A stretch of 62,994 nucleotides of DNA, counting the filler, from Rhabdomonas costata (lineage: Eukaryota): NCBI GenBank assembly GCA_019059605.1. It is 36 parts of 36 records of this genome, joined end to end, with 100 filler letters (N's around TTAATTAATTAA, not from the genome) between each part and the next. Parts side by side here need not be neighbours in the genome. Positions count along the whole stretch, not along the records: positions 36,818 to 38,469 come from JAHMHO010011255.1; positions 38,570 to 40,221 come from JAHMHO010011256.1; positions 40,322 to 41,974 come from JAHMHO010011257.1; positions 42,075 to 43,726 come from JAHMHO010011258.1; positions 43,827 to 45,478 come from JAHMHO010011259.1; positions 45,579 to 47,230 come from JAHMHO010011260.1; positions 47,331 to 48,982 come from JAHMHO010011261.1; positions 49,083 to 50,733 come from JAHMHO010011262.1; 28 more parts are not named here. One strand, written 5' to 3'. The notes under the pieces are model-generated. The model saw only the letters and a list, made by a program, of their open reading frames with translations. It ran no database searches and was not told the DNA's origin. Made by a program: the position numbers and the translations under genes. Positions 37,490-49,234 of this stretch are shown piece after piece; positions within the stretch are counted from its first letter, which is position 1, and each line of letters opens with the position of its first letter.

Positions 37490-38374
37490 ATGGCGGCCTC
37501 ACTTAAGGCCATGCTGGACTCCCTAATGGGCAAGGACCGCAACGCTCCCATCTCGGAGCGCAAGACGGGATCCTCCCGCAACCGCCTGGCTGAGCCGGAC
37601 GTGTGCAAGTACTTCCTCTGTGGGTTCTGCCCCCACGACCTGTTCCTCAACACCAAAGTCGACCTTGGTGCTTCCCTTTTGTTGTTGCTGCTTCAGAGAG
37701 AGACGAGTTTTATCGATTTTTGCTGATTTTAGTTGATTTTTCGTGAGTGGAGGGATATCAATCTTAGGCGCTGGGATGCCGCTTTCCCCCGCTCCTTCTT
37801 CATCTGCTGTGTCGTTTTGTGGTAGCTTTCCGCGATGGAAATCCTTATGGGTTCGAAGGGGTGGTTTCGGGGTGCGGGGCTCAGGCCACTGCGACAATGT
37901 CCACGATGACGCCCTGCAGGAGCAGTGGAACCGCCTTTCAGAGCGCGAGAAGAAGGCCTACGGGTACGAGGAGCGGTTTGTGGAGTTTCTGCAGAAGCTG
38001 GTCTCCGACATGGATCGCAAGATTCAGGTTTCCCACTGAGCAAGCGAAAAAGCGTGTCAGACGATGTCTGCAATCTCCTAATTGCAGCTGCGGTGTGCTT
38101 TTTTTCTTGTTTGCCGTCGGTTACATTGTTGCATCTCAGGATCGCCCCAGCGATCGTCAGCGCTGGATTTGGTTGGGGATGGAGTGGGGTAGGATGGGCT
38201 GGGGTGCAGCGCCACCGGGAGCGCATGGAGGAGCAGAACGCAAAGCTGGCCCAGGTCGACCCTGAGGTTCGGGATCGCCTCTCGGAGCTCTCTCGAGACA
38301 TTGTGACCAGCACGAACCGCATGGAGGCGCTTTCGGAGGAGGGGGACGTGGACGGCGCGCACAAAGTTCTTCAG
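37490..38374 (+). CDS. LUC7: U1 snRNP-associated Luc7-family protein, exons 37490-37667, 37885-38027, 38210-38374 (5' part)
   Basis: MAASLKAMLDSLMGKDRN...DVCKYFLCGFCPHDLFLNTKVDLG|HCDNVHDD...YGYEERFVEFLQKLVSDMDRKIQ|...MEALSEEGDVDGA. Confidence 0.96.
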
Positions 38375-39087
38375 GTTTATGATTGTGTGTGTGTGTGAAA
38401 TCCGTGCGGCGCCGCGGACCTCGTCAGGTGTATGGTCCAGCGAGGCAAAACACTCGGACCACACCCAACNNNNNNNNNNNNNNNNNNNNNNNNNNNNNNN
38501 NNNNNNNNNNNNNTTAATTAATTAANNNNNNNNNNNNNNNNNNNNNNNNNNNNNNNNNNNNNNNNNNNNGTTTGGGTGTGTGTGGGTGGGCGTTAAACGC
38601 TTAGCACCGCTAGAGCAGCGCTAAACGTTTTGGCTTTTGTGGGCCTTGTGGAATTGTCGCTGCAGGGCTTTGGGAGAAAAAGTGGCAGGAATAAATTAGG
38701 GGCGAAGACCAGTCAGCGGCGGCCGGAGCGGGCGATGTTTGGCATTGCTAATTGTTTACCAGTGCATAACGACCAAAACCAGTCACTATTTTGGCGAAGT
38801 TATTGACAGCGCATGGGGGTTACACACGAGTCAACTAGCTCTGAGTGAATATATGATAGCAAAATAGTGTCAGGTATACTGTTTTACCCAAGGCAGGCCC
38901 ATCTTAATTTTAAGGGGCAGTGATGAACTCTTGCCGGTGCTTAACGCTCAATGCCACCCCCCAACATTTTAGGAGGCAACCATAAAAAGAGATCACTGTA
39001 ACCCTGGTCCCAACATGACCCCACCCAACAGATGACTTGCAGCAGCGAAGGCGATCTTGGATGGGAGACGGGAGAAAAGTAACAAAC

Positions 39088-40199
39088 CATCGTTCTGCAG
39101 GAGCTGCAAGAAGATTTCGATCTGAGAGTTGGGGTACAGGTGAGTCATCACCACCGCCTCAAACGCTTTTCGGATCGCTTGACCGGCTTCAGCAGCCTTC
39201 CTGAGCAGCAAACAGCACCACAGCAATTATTTTTGGAAGAGAAACTTTCGGAGACAAGTCTGGAGACAAATTCCTTGTATACGCGCCCATCGGCCAAACA
39301 CTGTACGACAAGAGTGAACCCGCGGGAGAAGGACCTGTCGTTGCGCTGCTGCTTTCTCCAGCCCCCCGTGCTAAAGGTGGCCTCGGTGTAGTGCACAACC
39401 AGCGCGGCAGAGGCGGTGGAGACCAAGGTTGCCGAAGGCCGGGTCATCCTACACAGCCAAAGACCATGCTTGTGCATGGTTTGTAAAATTCTTGTGAAAG
39501 GACACGGATATTTCAGTGCTTTATTTTCCCTCTGGCTATATTCTCTTGAACGATAAAACAAGTATTATCGCATTCAGTCACTTCACACCTATTTCGTCGC
39601 CGTGCTTCTTCGAGCTACACGTTATACAACACACAACTCATCTGCATGCAATTACACCTGCCAACTCCAACTACGGCAAGAAAAAACAAAGCTATTGCCA
39701 TCACATGATGGTGCCAAAAACAATGGCAGAATCATCATTACCCAGAAAAAAACACTGTACTGCGGCCAAGCGGGTCAAGCGGTCAAAGACGAATATCTTC
39801 AAAAGGACATCAGCAGCAACCACACATGTGCGTGCACATGCACAAAAAATTCCCGAAGGACCACTGAAATGAACCCGCGCAAGCTCAAACCGAAATTGCA
39901 GGTTTGCGGCACAATTGCACAGAATGGCGCACACCTGGACGCAACCTGTCGAGGCCCATAGACAGCAGCGAGCACCTAAGGGGAGAAAATACAGCTTGCA
40001 GAGCTTCTGAACAACAAGAACTTCGCTTTGAACAGCTTGGATTCCAAAGGCACACCTTGGTGTTCCCCTGCTCGTAGTAGCAGCTTCCATCTGCCATGTC
40101 AAAAAGCCCCAGCTGGACTTTCAGACATCGGATCTCCCCAGGCCTCCGGCCATCGACTCGAAGACCCTCAACGGAGAGATACTCAATCTTGCTGCCCAT
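39088..40199 (-). CDS. RRP41: Exosome complex RNase PH subunit Rrp41/EXOSC4, exons 40199-40056, 39975-39935, 39448-39335, 39200-39088
   Basis: EYLSVEGLRVDGRRPGEIR...ADGSCYYEQGNTK|VLAAVYGPRQ...|...HYTEATFSTG...|...FEAVVMTHLYPNSQIEIFLQLLQNDG, all GT-AG in phase. Confidence 0.96.
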
Positions 40200-40415
40200 C
40201 CGGGCGGCAAAAAGCAAAACANNNNNNNNNNNNNNNNNNNNNNNNNNNNNNNNNNNNNNNNNNNNTTAATTAATTAANNNNNNNNNNNNNNNNNNNNNNN
40301 NNNNNNNNNNNNNNNNNNNNNGGGGTGTTGTTGCACGTTTGAATGGATGAAACCCGCCCTCCATTCCGCCCTATCATCAGTCAGACTCGGGAAGCGATGA
40401 GATAGGGGGCATCAC

Positions 40416-41305
40416 CTGAAGCTCACCGTGGCGGCGGCCTGCCGGGAGCTGACAGGCTGGGGATCGTACGCCGTGGGTGCCGGTGCCTCTGCCTTACCGT
40501 CGGGAAGCCGCTCCGAGGTCGAGCTATGCGTGAGCCAAATTGAAAAATATAGAATTGAGAAAACGGAGATAGGAAACAGGCAGCCCGTGCGTCACGTCGT
40601 CTCCTTCGCATCATGGATGATGAGAACCCGACCTGAGAGTCACTTTCGCCCGTTTTCCGTGGGGACTTGTGGTGCAGGCAGAGAGTCCAAGCTTTCTGAG
40701 CAGGCACCCCAACCTGATAATAAGACCATTTGACATTTTCCCCGTCCGCAGAGAGCTTTCGCTTTTTTATCTCCGTTCCATAACTTTTCCTGTGCCAAAA
40801 AGCTGCTGCCGACCGAGGTACAGGGGTAGAGAGGTCCAGAACCGCAACAAGAAGTACAAGGGGGGAAGAAGTACAAGGGTGAGGTTTTTAATGAGGAAAA
40901 TCAGAAAGGTGGCGCGCACACACACACATTCACAAACCGGAAAGCAGCCGAGGCACTTGGGGATGCGGGAGTGACAAGCTTCATCTGAGGGTCGTAGGAG
41001 GTTGCCGAAGGGCCCTCCGCCTTGGTCTCAGGAAACTGCGGGGCAGTTGACCTGCGCATACGCACAGAGTGAAAGTGCTCATAGTATCTGGGTGTCTCCG
41101 ACTGCGATCCGTACAAATCAGATTGTCAGCATGTAAAATCCGGAAGTTCAGATACACACATATCACGCACAAACAGGAACGTGGACGATACTTGAACACG
41201 GAGGTGGCCCCGTGGGCAGTCGGGGACACCAGCTTTGTCTGAGGGTCGTACGAAGTCGCGGAAGGACCCTCCGCCTTGACGTCGGGAAACTGCGGCGCCG
41301 TGGAC
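40416..41305 (-). CDS. SHIPPO/STPG-like repeat protein (probable axonemal), three repeat exons 41305-41192, 41051-40938, 40523-40416
   Basis: STAPQFPDVKAEGPSATSYDPQTKLVSPTAHGATSVFK / STAPQFPETKAEGPSATSYDPQMKLVTPASPSASAAFR / [36 protein letters not shown]; all phase 2-2. Confidence 0.75.
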
Positions 41306-42209
41306 CTACAAGCCCAACCAAGAAGCGGAGCGCTTGCTTTCGGGTTGAAGAAAGGTGGTGTTCACGTGTGTACGTTCCATGTTCGACGCGAAGCCTGGTT
41401 CGCAGGCAGGCAGGATATTCCAACGGGACTGCCATTGCGGCCGTTCCTTGTAATGGCAAGCTTGATTACAAATTCAAGAGACATGGTAGGGGGAAAAGCC
41501 GACTGCTGCACAGAATGTTCGGAGTCCGGAGCCAAAAAAAAGGATTGGTATCATGCAGCGGGAGCAATGATTTGCAGAGGGAAAGGGGGAATGCGAAAAT
41601 AGAACATTTTTGAACAGGTGAGGATTGCAGAAACTAAAAAGAGACCGATGAAAAGCACGTGCGAGATGGGAGAAGAAGAAGTTGAGATTCAATAGTAAAC
41701 AAAGAAACGAGGAATGCAGGGCATTAACCAGATGCGAAAAGGGACAGCAGAGTGTGATGAAGAGATATTACTGAGTGGAGAACCAAAACTGAAAGGCTGA
41801 GGAGATCTGAAAAAGAGGGAAGGTTCGGAAGGAATGAAGGGAGATCGGAGCCCAGACAATCAGCCGCAACCTTGCACGCTTAGGGTAATTGGAAAATGGA
41901 AAAAAGAGAAATCACCACAACCAACCTGCTCGCGTGAAAAAAAACACGTACCGGAAGGCAGAGGACACAAAAAANNNNNNNNNNNNNNNNNNNNNNNNNN
42001 NNNNNNNNNNNNNNNNNNTTAATTAATTAANNNNNNNNNNNNNNNNNNNNNNNNNNNNNNNNNNNNNNNNNNNNGGGTTTTGGGGCACAAGGGACCACCT
42101 TCCTATTCACCCGTTTACCCCTTGATAAACAGAACGAGTGAAAGAGACAGCAAGCCAGCGGTACCTCCCTGTCTTCCGGAGAGCAGAGGCGGCTTGAAGA
42201 GGACCATAC

Positions 42210-43704
42210 CGTTGGATACTTCCCAGGGCAAATCCAATGACATGCGACCTCTGCGGCGCATGCAGCGGCTTTTTGGGCGGGCTGCGTGGTATGTCTTTCT
42301 TTGCGCGGGAGGGCTTCCCATTAGGCGTGGGGGCATGGGCATGAAGCACTTTTTGCGCCACGAGACAGAACTCTGGCGCGGTGTACAGCGCGTCCACGAG
42401 ACTGGGAAGGGGAAAACAAGGGCTGCATACAATTCTACTGGGGGGCACTCCAAAGAGTGAGAGTGAGATTGCTTGTCACGCACCAGCTTCAAACTGAAAA
42501 TATATATACACACGCAGGAATGTGGATGCAAGACAGAAGACGGTTTTCGCGGGGAAAACTACAGGTGTTTGGTGAGAGTTGATGTGAACGGCATTGCACG
42601 ATAAAATGTCGCAATAAAGATTACGATTAAGATTGTGATCCTCAAAAAATGAAGCAGAATGGACGGAGCGGGAACAGGGGAGATGGGACCAGCTAGTGGA
42701 TGCGTCTCAGTTAAATCCGGGTGAATGCATCTCGGATAAGTGAACTCCATTCAGTGGGCTCGGTGGAGCACCACTCATAGAAACAAAGAAAACCACAACG
42801 CAACGCTGAATCGGATTCCTAAGGCAAAAAGAAAGCAGAGCACGAAAAAGCAGACAATGGATGAAAGTAGACAGAACACACTTGTAATCGTCCCATGTGC
42901 GGTACAAGGTGGATGCCAGTTGGGACGTGAAAATATTCTGCCCCAAAGAGAAGCACTCCGCCACATCCATCAGCCGCATTGACCGGATAAGAAACTGGTG
43001 CCCATCAATATCGACTATCTGTGGAATACACATCCACAGGAGCAAAGCGAATTCACTCGAAACAAAACATTGACAATCAGCTCATCCGAAGTCCTTCGGA
43101 AAATGAAGAAGCTAAAGGGACGTGGGATCGGGAGGGAAAAATGTAGCAGGCATGCAGAGGGGTGAATATGAACAGCTCAGAAGGCATGCCTTTTCATCAT
43201 CATTTTTCTGGTCCTTAACAGCAAACTCGCTGGAATGCTCCTCAGTGGGGCACACGTTCTTCCCTGCGCAATCACCACAGCATGTATACTTTTTTTTAGA
43301 CCCAACCAGACATTCCCTTTGATAGCATGTGCAAAGGCGATGCATACGACCGTAAGACCAAGATCATTTGTGTGCCCACCGCAAACTCTAAAAAAAAACT
43401 GCAGCGGCATCGTGTCTGCCGGCGCTAGCTATCGAAATAGAGCTGCCAGACAAAACCTGTGTGTTGTGAAAATGCTTATCAGATGATAAACTTCTCTTCA
43501 ATACCGCAAAGGTCTTCGGCTTTCTATGCACACGTTCGGTGCATTCTTGTGTGCACTTTCCCCGTGCTTAAACAGGGACGGAAAGCGCGGTAAGGAACAC
43601 ATACGGAACGTCTGGTTGGTGAGCCTGGGTCTCTTGATCTGCGTCATCATGCGCGGAGGCTGAGCAACCGGCATAGTTCTCCTCTGCTTCGATTTTCCAA
43701 GCAT
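42210..43704 (-). CDS. GNAT-family N-acetyltransferase of bacterial type; exons 43018-42882 and 42401-42210, probable upstream exons 43704-43610 and 43111-43069
   Basis: LIRSMRLMDVAECFSLGQNIFTSQLASTLYRTWDDYN|LVDALYTAPEFCLVAQ...VIGFALGSI; GT-AG, phases consistent. Confidence 0.8.
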
Positions 43705-44760
43705 CTTTGACAGATGTACAACACACNNNNNNNNNNNNNNNNNNNNNNNNNNNNNNNNNNNNNNNNNNNNTTAATTAATTAANNNNNNNNNNNNNNNNNN
43801 NNNNNNNNNNNNNNNNNNNNNNNNNNTTGTGGGTGTGTTTGGGGGGTGGTGGGCGTGCTACCAATAGAAGGAGTTACCAGTCCAAACAATTCGGATTTCG
43901 CAACGAGTCCCGGCTGAGTTCCAGATGAACTTGCGGTTTCTTCAAGAGTGGAAAGACGAAAGGGATGTTGAGGATTGTGGTTAGTTGAATGAATGAATGA
44001 CAGAGACCCGGGCATCATTGGTCTTTTCGACAGATGAGAAGAGTTTCTCAATGTTTGGCAATGTGACCTGGAAAGGAATCGCTATTCTCTCTCATTCTGA
44101 AAAAGAAGCGCATTCCGAAGTGATGTAGGACTTGCACCGAAAGTCTATTATGATTATCGGCAATGCAATGTGAGTCGAAAACGGGATCCCTGTTCCATGA
44201 ATTTTAGTTGCTGGAAAATTGGTCTGTGTACAAAAAGACTGAAAGGGTCTCTCAAGGATCAGGTTTTCCAGGATCAGTGACATTAGTGCTGCTTTAAAGT
44301 TTGCATTTTTCGAATATTTGCTGCTGCTGCAGTACTGCTTTTGTGAGGTTGGTTTATGTTGTAGGTTGTATGACGAATGCCGTCATATTTCGCTTTCGCC
44401 CTCAAGTGGTGCTCACCTCGTCACCAAGCCGCTTGTCCGACAGATAAAATGCAATGCAACGGGCAGGTCACCTCAGTGACGCGAAGAAACCTTCGCAGCC
44501 CAAACGCAGGAGCAAAGACTCAGTTCACTCCGCGTGCTGCTTCTCACTCATCCTACCCCGCACCCTCATCGAGGCGGGGTCCACCTTGACTGACACAGGC
44601 TGGCCGACAGGATGTGTCAAGTTGCGGTTCAAGTTCGAGTTCGGATGCTTAGAGAATTTTTTGAAGCAAAGAATTTTATAATCCATATTCTGCTTCTAGA
44701 TATTCTGTCTACGTATTCAACTGCGAGTTTTCTTTTTTCCCGGCTGCGGCTGGTCGGTTG

Positions 44761-45222
44761 ATGGGAGCCGCTGCACGCACCCTCGTCGTCCTTGCACTCC
44801 TTGCTGCCATCCTGGGATACGTCTGGCATGGAAACTTGCCCCGCCGCCTTCCCATCTCCTTGGGGGCCCAACTGCACCTCTGGGCACCCGCGGAGCGACC
44901 GGAAACCTTCTTGTGCGACTACGAGCTGGCCATGCAGCTGCGGCCGTTTGGGTGCCACCCCATTGTAATGCGGATGATCGTAGACACGCTTCGGGCGAGG
45001 CACGAGCACCGCGACAGTGCGAGGTACTCGTGCTCTGGGGAGCTCCCCGAGGGGCCCGAGAGGAGCCAGGGAAACCAGAGGTCCTCGTTGCTTCCCGGGC
45101 TGCCACCCGTGCGGAGCCCCGGGGCCCCGCTGGCGGTGTTTTTTCACATCGGGTTCGCGAAGAAGTGGGAGTTTGCCGCGCGGCGGGTGTACGCGGCGCT
45201 GGAGCTCTCGGGCCTTGCCAAG
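44761..45222 (+). CDS. Type II membrane protein, putative glycosyltransferase-like, first exon
   Basis: N-terminal anchor TLVVLALLAAILGYVW, stem region, then LAVFFHIGFAKKWEFAARRVYAALELSGLAK followed by a GT donor. Confidence 0.6.
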
Positions 45223-46014
45223 GTTGTGTGGGGCTTCGTTTTTCAGCTCGGATTCACAATCCTCTGCCAAAGCCCCCAGTCTCATCCTTTTCTTGGTTTC
45301 GCAGGTTGTTTCCTTTTTTGTCGCCCCTTTCTGTTTCTGTGTCGGACAGCGGAGGAGACGGCGGTGGATTGGAATTCAACTCAAAGCTCTCACGCGACGC
45401 AGTGTGCAAAGGTTGAAAGTGGGATGAAGGATGACAAGTTAACGGCATTTGTGAATTATCTGCCTCACCCACCAACACNNNNNNNNNNNNNNNNNNNNNN
45501 NNNNNNNNNNNNNNNNNNNNNNTTAATTAATTAANNNNNNNNNNNNNNNNNNNNNNNNNNNNNNNNNNNNNNNNNNNNGGTGTGGTTGTACCGGCATCAG
45601 TGAGCACAAGTGAGCGTGCACGGCGGCATGGGGATGGGGTCGGTCTCAGGTGCCAAAAGAGACCACTTCCCTTGCCCTGCCCCGCACGGAAGCAACTTTA
45701 CGACCACTTCACGTCCCTGGAATTTTACTGCCTTCACTTTCTTCTTCCAGGATTCCAACCCTAACACTCTCTTTGGTATTACGCGAATTGCCGAGCGGTC
45801 TTGCGCGCGCTGCGCGTCCCGGAGGCCAGAGGAGCCCCTTCTGACAAATTGTCGCCTTCGGGACGAGGGCGTCGTTGTTCATTCCTACCTCTCGCGGATT
45901 TCTTCTCTGCGTTTTCGCTGCAGCCTCTTTATTCTTTGCTTAGCGGTGTTGCTCTGCTTTTTGTTGGGTGGTCTGAAAGCCGTCCAAAAGGAAACGTGTC
46001 TGCACCACAGCACA

Positions 46015-47010
46015 TCAAACCACTTCTTGAAAAAATTGCTCGCAGCCACCTTGCTTCGCGTCAAACCACGGGGTGTTCTTGCGAAGATTGTGGCGGACGA
46101 GCACAGGCCAATCCGACTTCTTCACTTCCCGCGCTGTGGTGGCCCCCATGTCGGTGTCCCAGTGGTTGTATATGCACTGCGCCAGCTCGTTCTTCAGCAT
46201 CCACCCAAAGTCGGCATACTCAGTGCCCAACTCCTCCAAGCTCTAAAAGCAAACGCAAACACACGCACACCGCTGTCCCTAATCCATCAAAACTCCCTGG
46301 GTTGGACCTGCTCATCAAATCATCAAAAGCAATAAGTAGCATGTGGCTTTCCAAACAAAAAAAATCAGTAATCCACGAAAAGAGAAACACAGCCTCCACG
46401 TATTCCAATTATTCCGTTTCAACGAGTCAAGAGGACCCAAAAGGACTTTCCGAGATGTCCAAAACCCAAGTGAATGAAACACCTTGTGCAACAAAACCAA
46501 CCAACCGGCAGCGCGGAAGGCGTTGGGAACATCCCTTCGCCTTGTGCTGTTCAGGAGGTTGCGAAACTGAATTTTTAGGAAAGTCAGTGTGGATGTCAGG
46601 CTGTGCTCCGTTTCCTGCAAAGAAGATAGTGCAAACCAGTGAAACCGGTATCCCAAGATGCCGCAGGAACAAAAAAATCTGCATTTCCACATGAACAAAC
46701 GGCCCTCTGAAACTCAAAATTACCTTGGTGGTAAAAACGTCAAGGGGGACACGGACTCGGTCGTTTTTCCACCCAACTTTATGATCAGCGGCATTTTCGA
46801 CCACAACTTAATCCGATAAATATTTCGGACGAGCAACTCCAACGGGCGGAACACACGGGAAATTTAATGTGGAAAAAAGTCGGAAACATGTTCCAAGGAG
46901 AGTTGGCAGGCGGTTCAAGGGTGGATGGGGAAAAATGTAACCTGAAACTGCTGCATCCAGTCATCGAAGTTGCGACTCACGATGACATCGTCGGCACCTT
47001 CATCTCCAGT
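46015..47010 (-). CDS. Hypothetical protein, exons 47010-46942 and 46242-about 46021
   Basis: In-phase AG/GT exons TGDEGADDVIVSRNFDDWMQQFQ|SLEELGTEYADFGWMLKNELAQCIYNHWDTDMG...; family not recognised. Confidence 0.4.
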
Positions 47011-47791
47011 CTGAAGGAACAAAGCGGAACAGAGAACTGCAGACACCCACCCACCCATAAAAAACAACCCAATTCATATGGAAAAACGCTCACGCAGGCT
47101 CAATAATTCAGGAGACCATAAGAAAATCTCAAGACGCCTTCTCAGGGTTTTTTTATGATGGCACAAGAGATCTGCGCAACTACCCCCTCACGCATCTAAC
47201 AAGGTCAGAAGCGCAGAGTTCACCACACACNNNNNNNNNNNNNNNNNNNNNNNNNNNNNNNNNNNNNNNNNNNNTTAATTAATTAANNNNNNNNNNNNNN
47301 NNNNNNNNNNNNNNNNNNNNNNNNNNNNNNGGTTGTATGTTTTCAGTTTGGCCTGTTCGTCGCTTGCGTTACCCAAAGACGCGGAACAATGATCGCGTCA
47401 CTATCAAAAATCCAAAACTATACTATGAGTAACCTGTTTCCGCACGCGCCCGTTTATCGTTGAGGTGGTGAACCCTCATTCTCTATTTTGGTTCGTTGGA
47501 AGGGTTGTTCCCATGTATCATCCTCGTCCGCAGTGCAGGGATGCATCGCAGCTGACCCCCTTAATACAATTAAGGTAGGGGTGGCTGTGCACATTGTCTA
47601 TGGTCTGATGGTACAACCAGCAGCAACCATCATAGAATGGGGCATACAGCAAGTCACGCCTTACTACGATTACCACCTCCAGGTAGTGGCTGACTCTCAT
47701 GGCATTGGACGCATAGAACCAACACAGCCTTAGGTTAGGTTTGATGCCATGCCCACTATGCCATGAATGCGGACGTGCTTCTCCTGTGCAG

Positions 47792-48003
47792 CTCTGGACT
47801 CTGAGTTGCAGCGCGCGCAGTTCATCCAGGACATCTTTGGGCTGATCGACCGCGCCGTGATGAGCACCGGGGTGGAGAAGCTGAAGACCTTCGGGTCGAC
47901 CTTCCTGATGGGCTGCGGAATCCCTTCCGCCAGGGAGGGCCACGCCGCGATCCTGGTCGCTGCGTGCTGCGAGGCGGTGCACGCGGTGCGGCTGTACAAC
48001 GAG
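47792..48003 (+). CDS. Class III adenylate/guanylate cyclase domain exon
   Basis: FIQDIFGLIDRAVMSTGVEKLKTFGSTFLMGCGIPSAREGHA matches VEKIKTIG(D/S).YM...G.P....HA; AG/GT bounded. Confidence 0.88.
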
Positions 48004-49234
48004 GTAGGCGTGCGCTGGTCCCCCGCCCTTTGTCAAAGGTCACAAATTGCAGTGCAGATGTGATTCCAGATGAGAGTTGGTGACCGATTCAGACCTCTCA
48101 GACTTGTATCGAGAGTAAATGCAAGGAGGTATCCAGGGTCCACCACCACCACCAACACACACGCATACAAATAAATCCAAATCCGAGCATCCATCTTTTC
48201 AAAATGGTGGACCCATCATTGCGGTAGCGTCTCCTTTCGTCGCTCTGTTTTTTCTTTTGTTTTCATCAGTGCTGAGCTTGGGGCGAGAGTACCCCAGCCA
48301 AGCACGCCCACTATTTACACAGGGAGCGGTAGGGGGTGCAGGGTACCAGCTTGCAAAGCTAGGGGCTAGGGGAGGAAACCCGTCCGAAGACGTTGTCTTT
48401 GTCCGGGTTCACGCAAAGTCAAACCGCAACGAAGAACAGTGGGGGGGCACTACTCTCCAAGGAAAGGTTCACAGTTCACACAGCGTCCACCCATTTCCTG
48501 CGATCCGAATTTCGAAATTCCTAATAGAAGGGGAAGCGTGCCATCTGATGACCAGGATTTCATAGCACAAGTACAACTGGGAAGGTTTTTCTGCAGTGAT
48601 ACGTGTGGTTACTTCCGATGTGCTGCCGAAACCCTTCTTCTTGTCGGATCGGATCCCTCTTGCGCCCCCGATTACTTCCCACTGTAGATTCATTATTCAT
48701 TCTGCCATTTTTTGCTTCCCATGTCACTCGCAAAGAACACTGCATTGTACCCTTCTTCTTGTTCGTTATGTCCGATTCGAGATTGGCCCGGATCAGATTT
48801 GCAGTGGAACCGTTGAGAGAGATTTGCTCAAGTACCTATCTGCAGTCCAGGGGCTAATCGTTCGCACAGACGCCTCCTCTGGGCGGGATTCCCTAGAGAG
48901 CCCTCCTGTGGTTTTTTTGACAGGCGCTGGGCAGGCTGGGGGAGACGGGCACGGCTCCGTGCAGCCTTGCCCGTCTCCCCCANNNNNNNNNNNNNNNNNN
49001 NNNNNNNNNNNNNNNNNNNNNNNNNNTTAATTAATTAANNNNNNNNNNNNNNNNNNNNNNNNNNNNNNNNNNNNNNNNNNNNTTTTGGGTGGTGATTTTG
49101 GTCGTGTGCCTTTCGAAATTCCACAGCCAAGATTCCACTCAAAGTCGAACTCAAAAACGCAAAAACATTTTTCGGCGACAACGGCGACTCCTATCCAGTA
49201 GGTCAGCCTTCGGACTGTTTCTGCTGTCTCACAG

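Noticed and set aside
39449-39945. Apparent phase conflict in RRP41 suggesting a non-conventional intron
   Set aside because: Resolved by the downstream canonical donor TCCAG|GTGTGC (exon ends at 39935)
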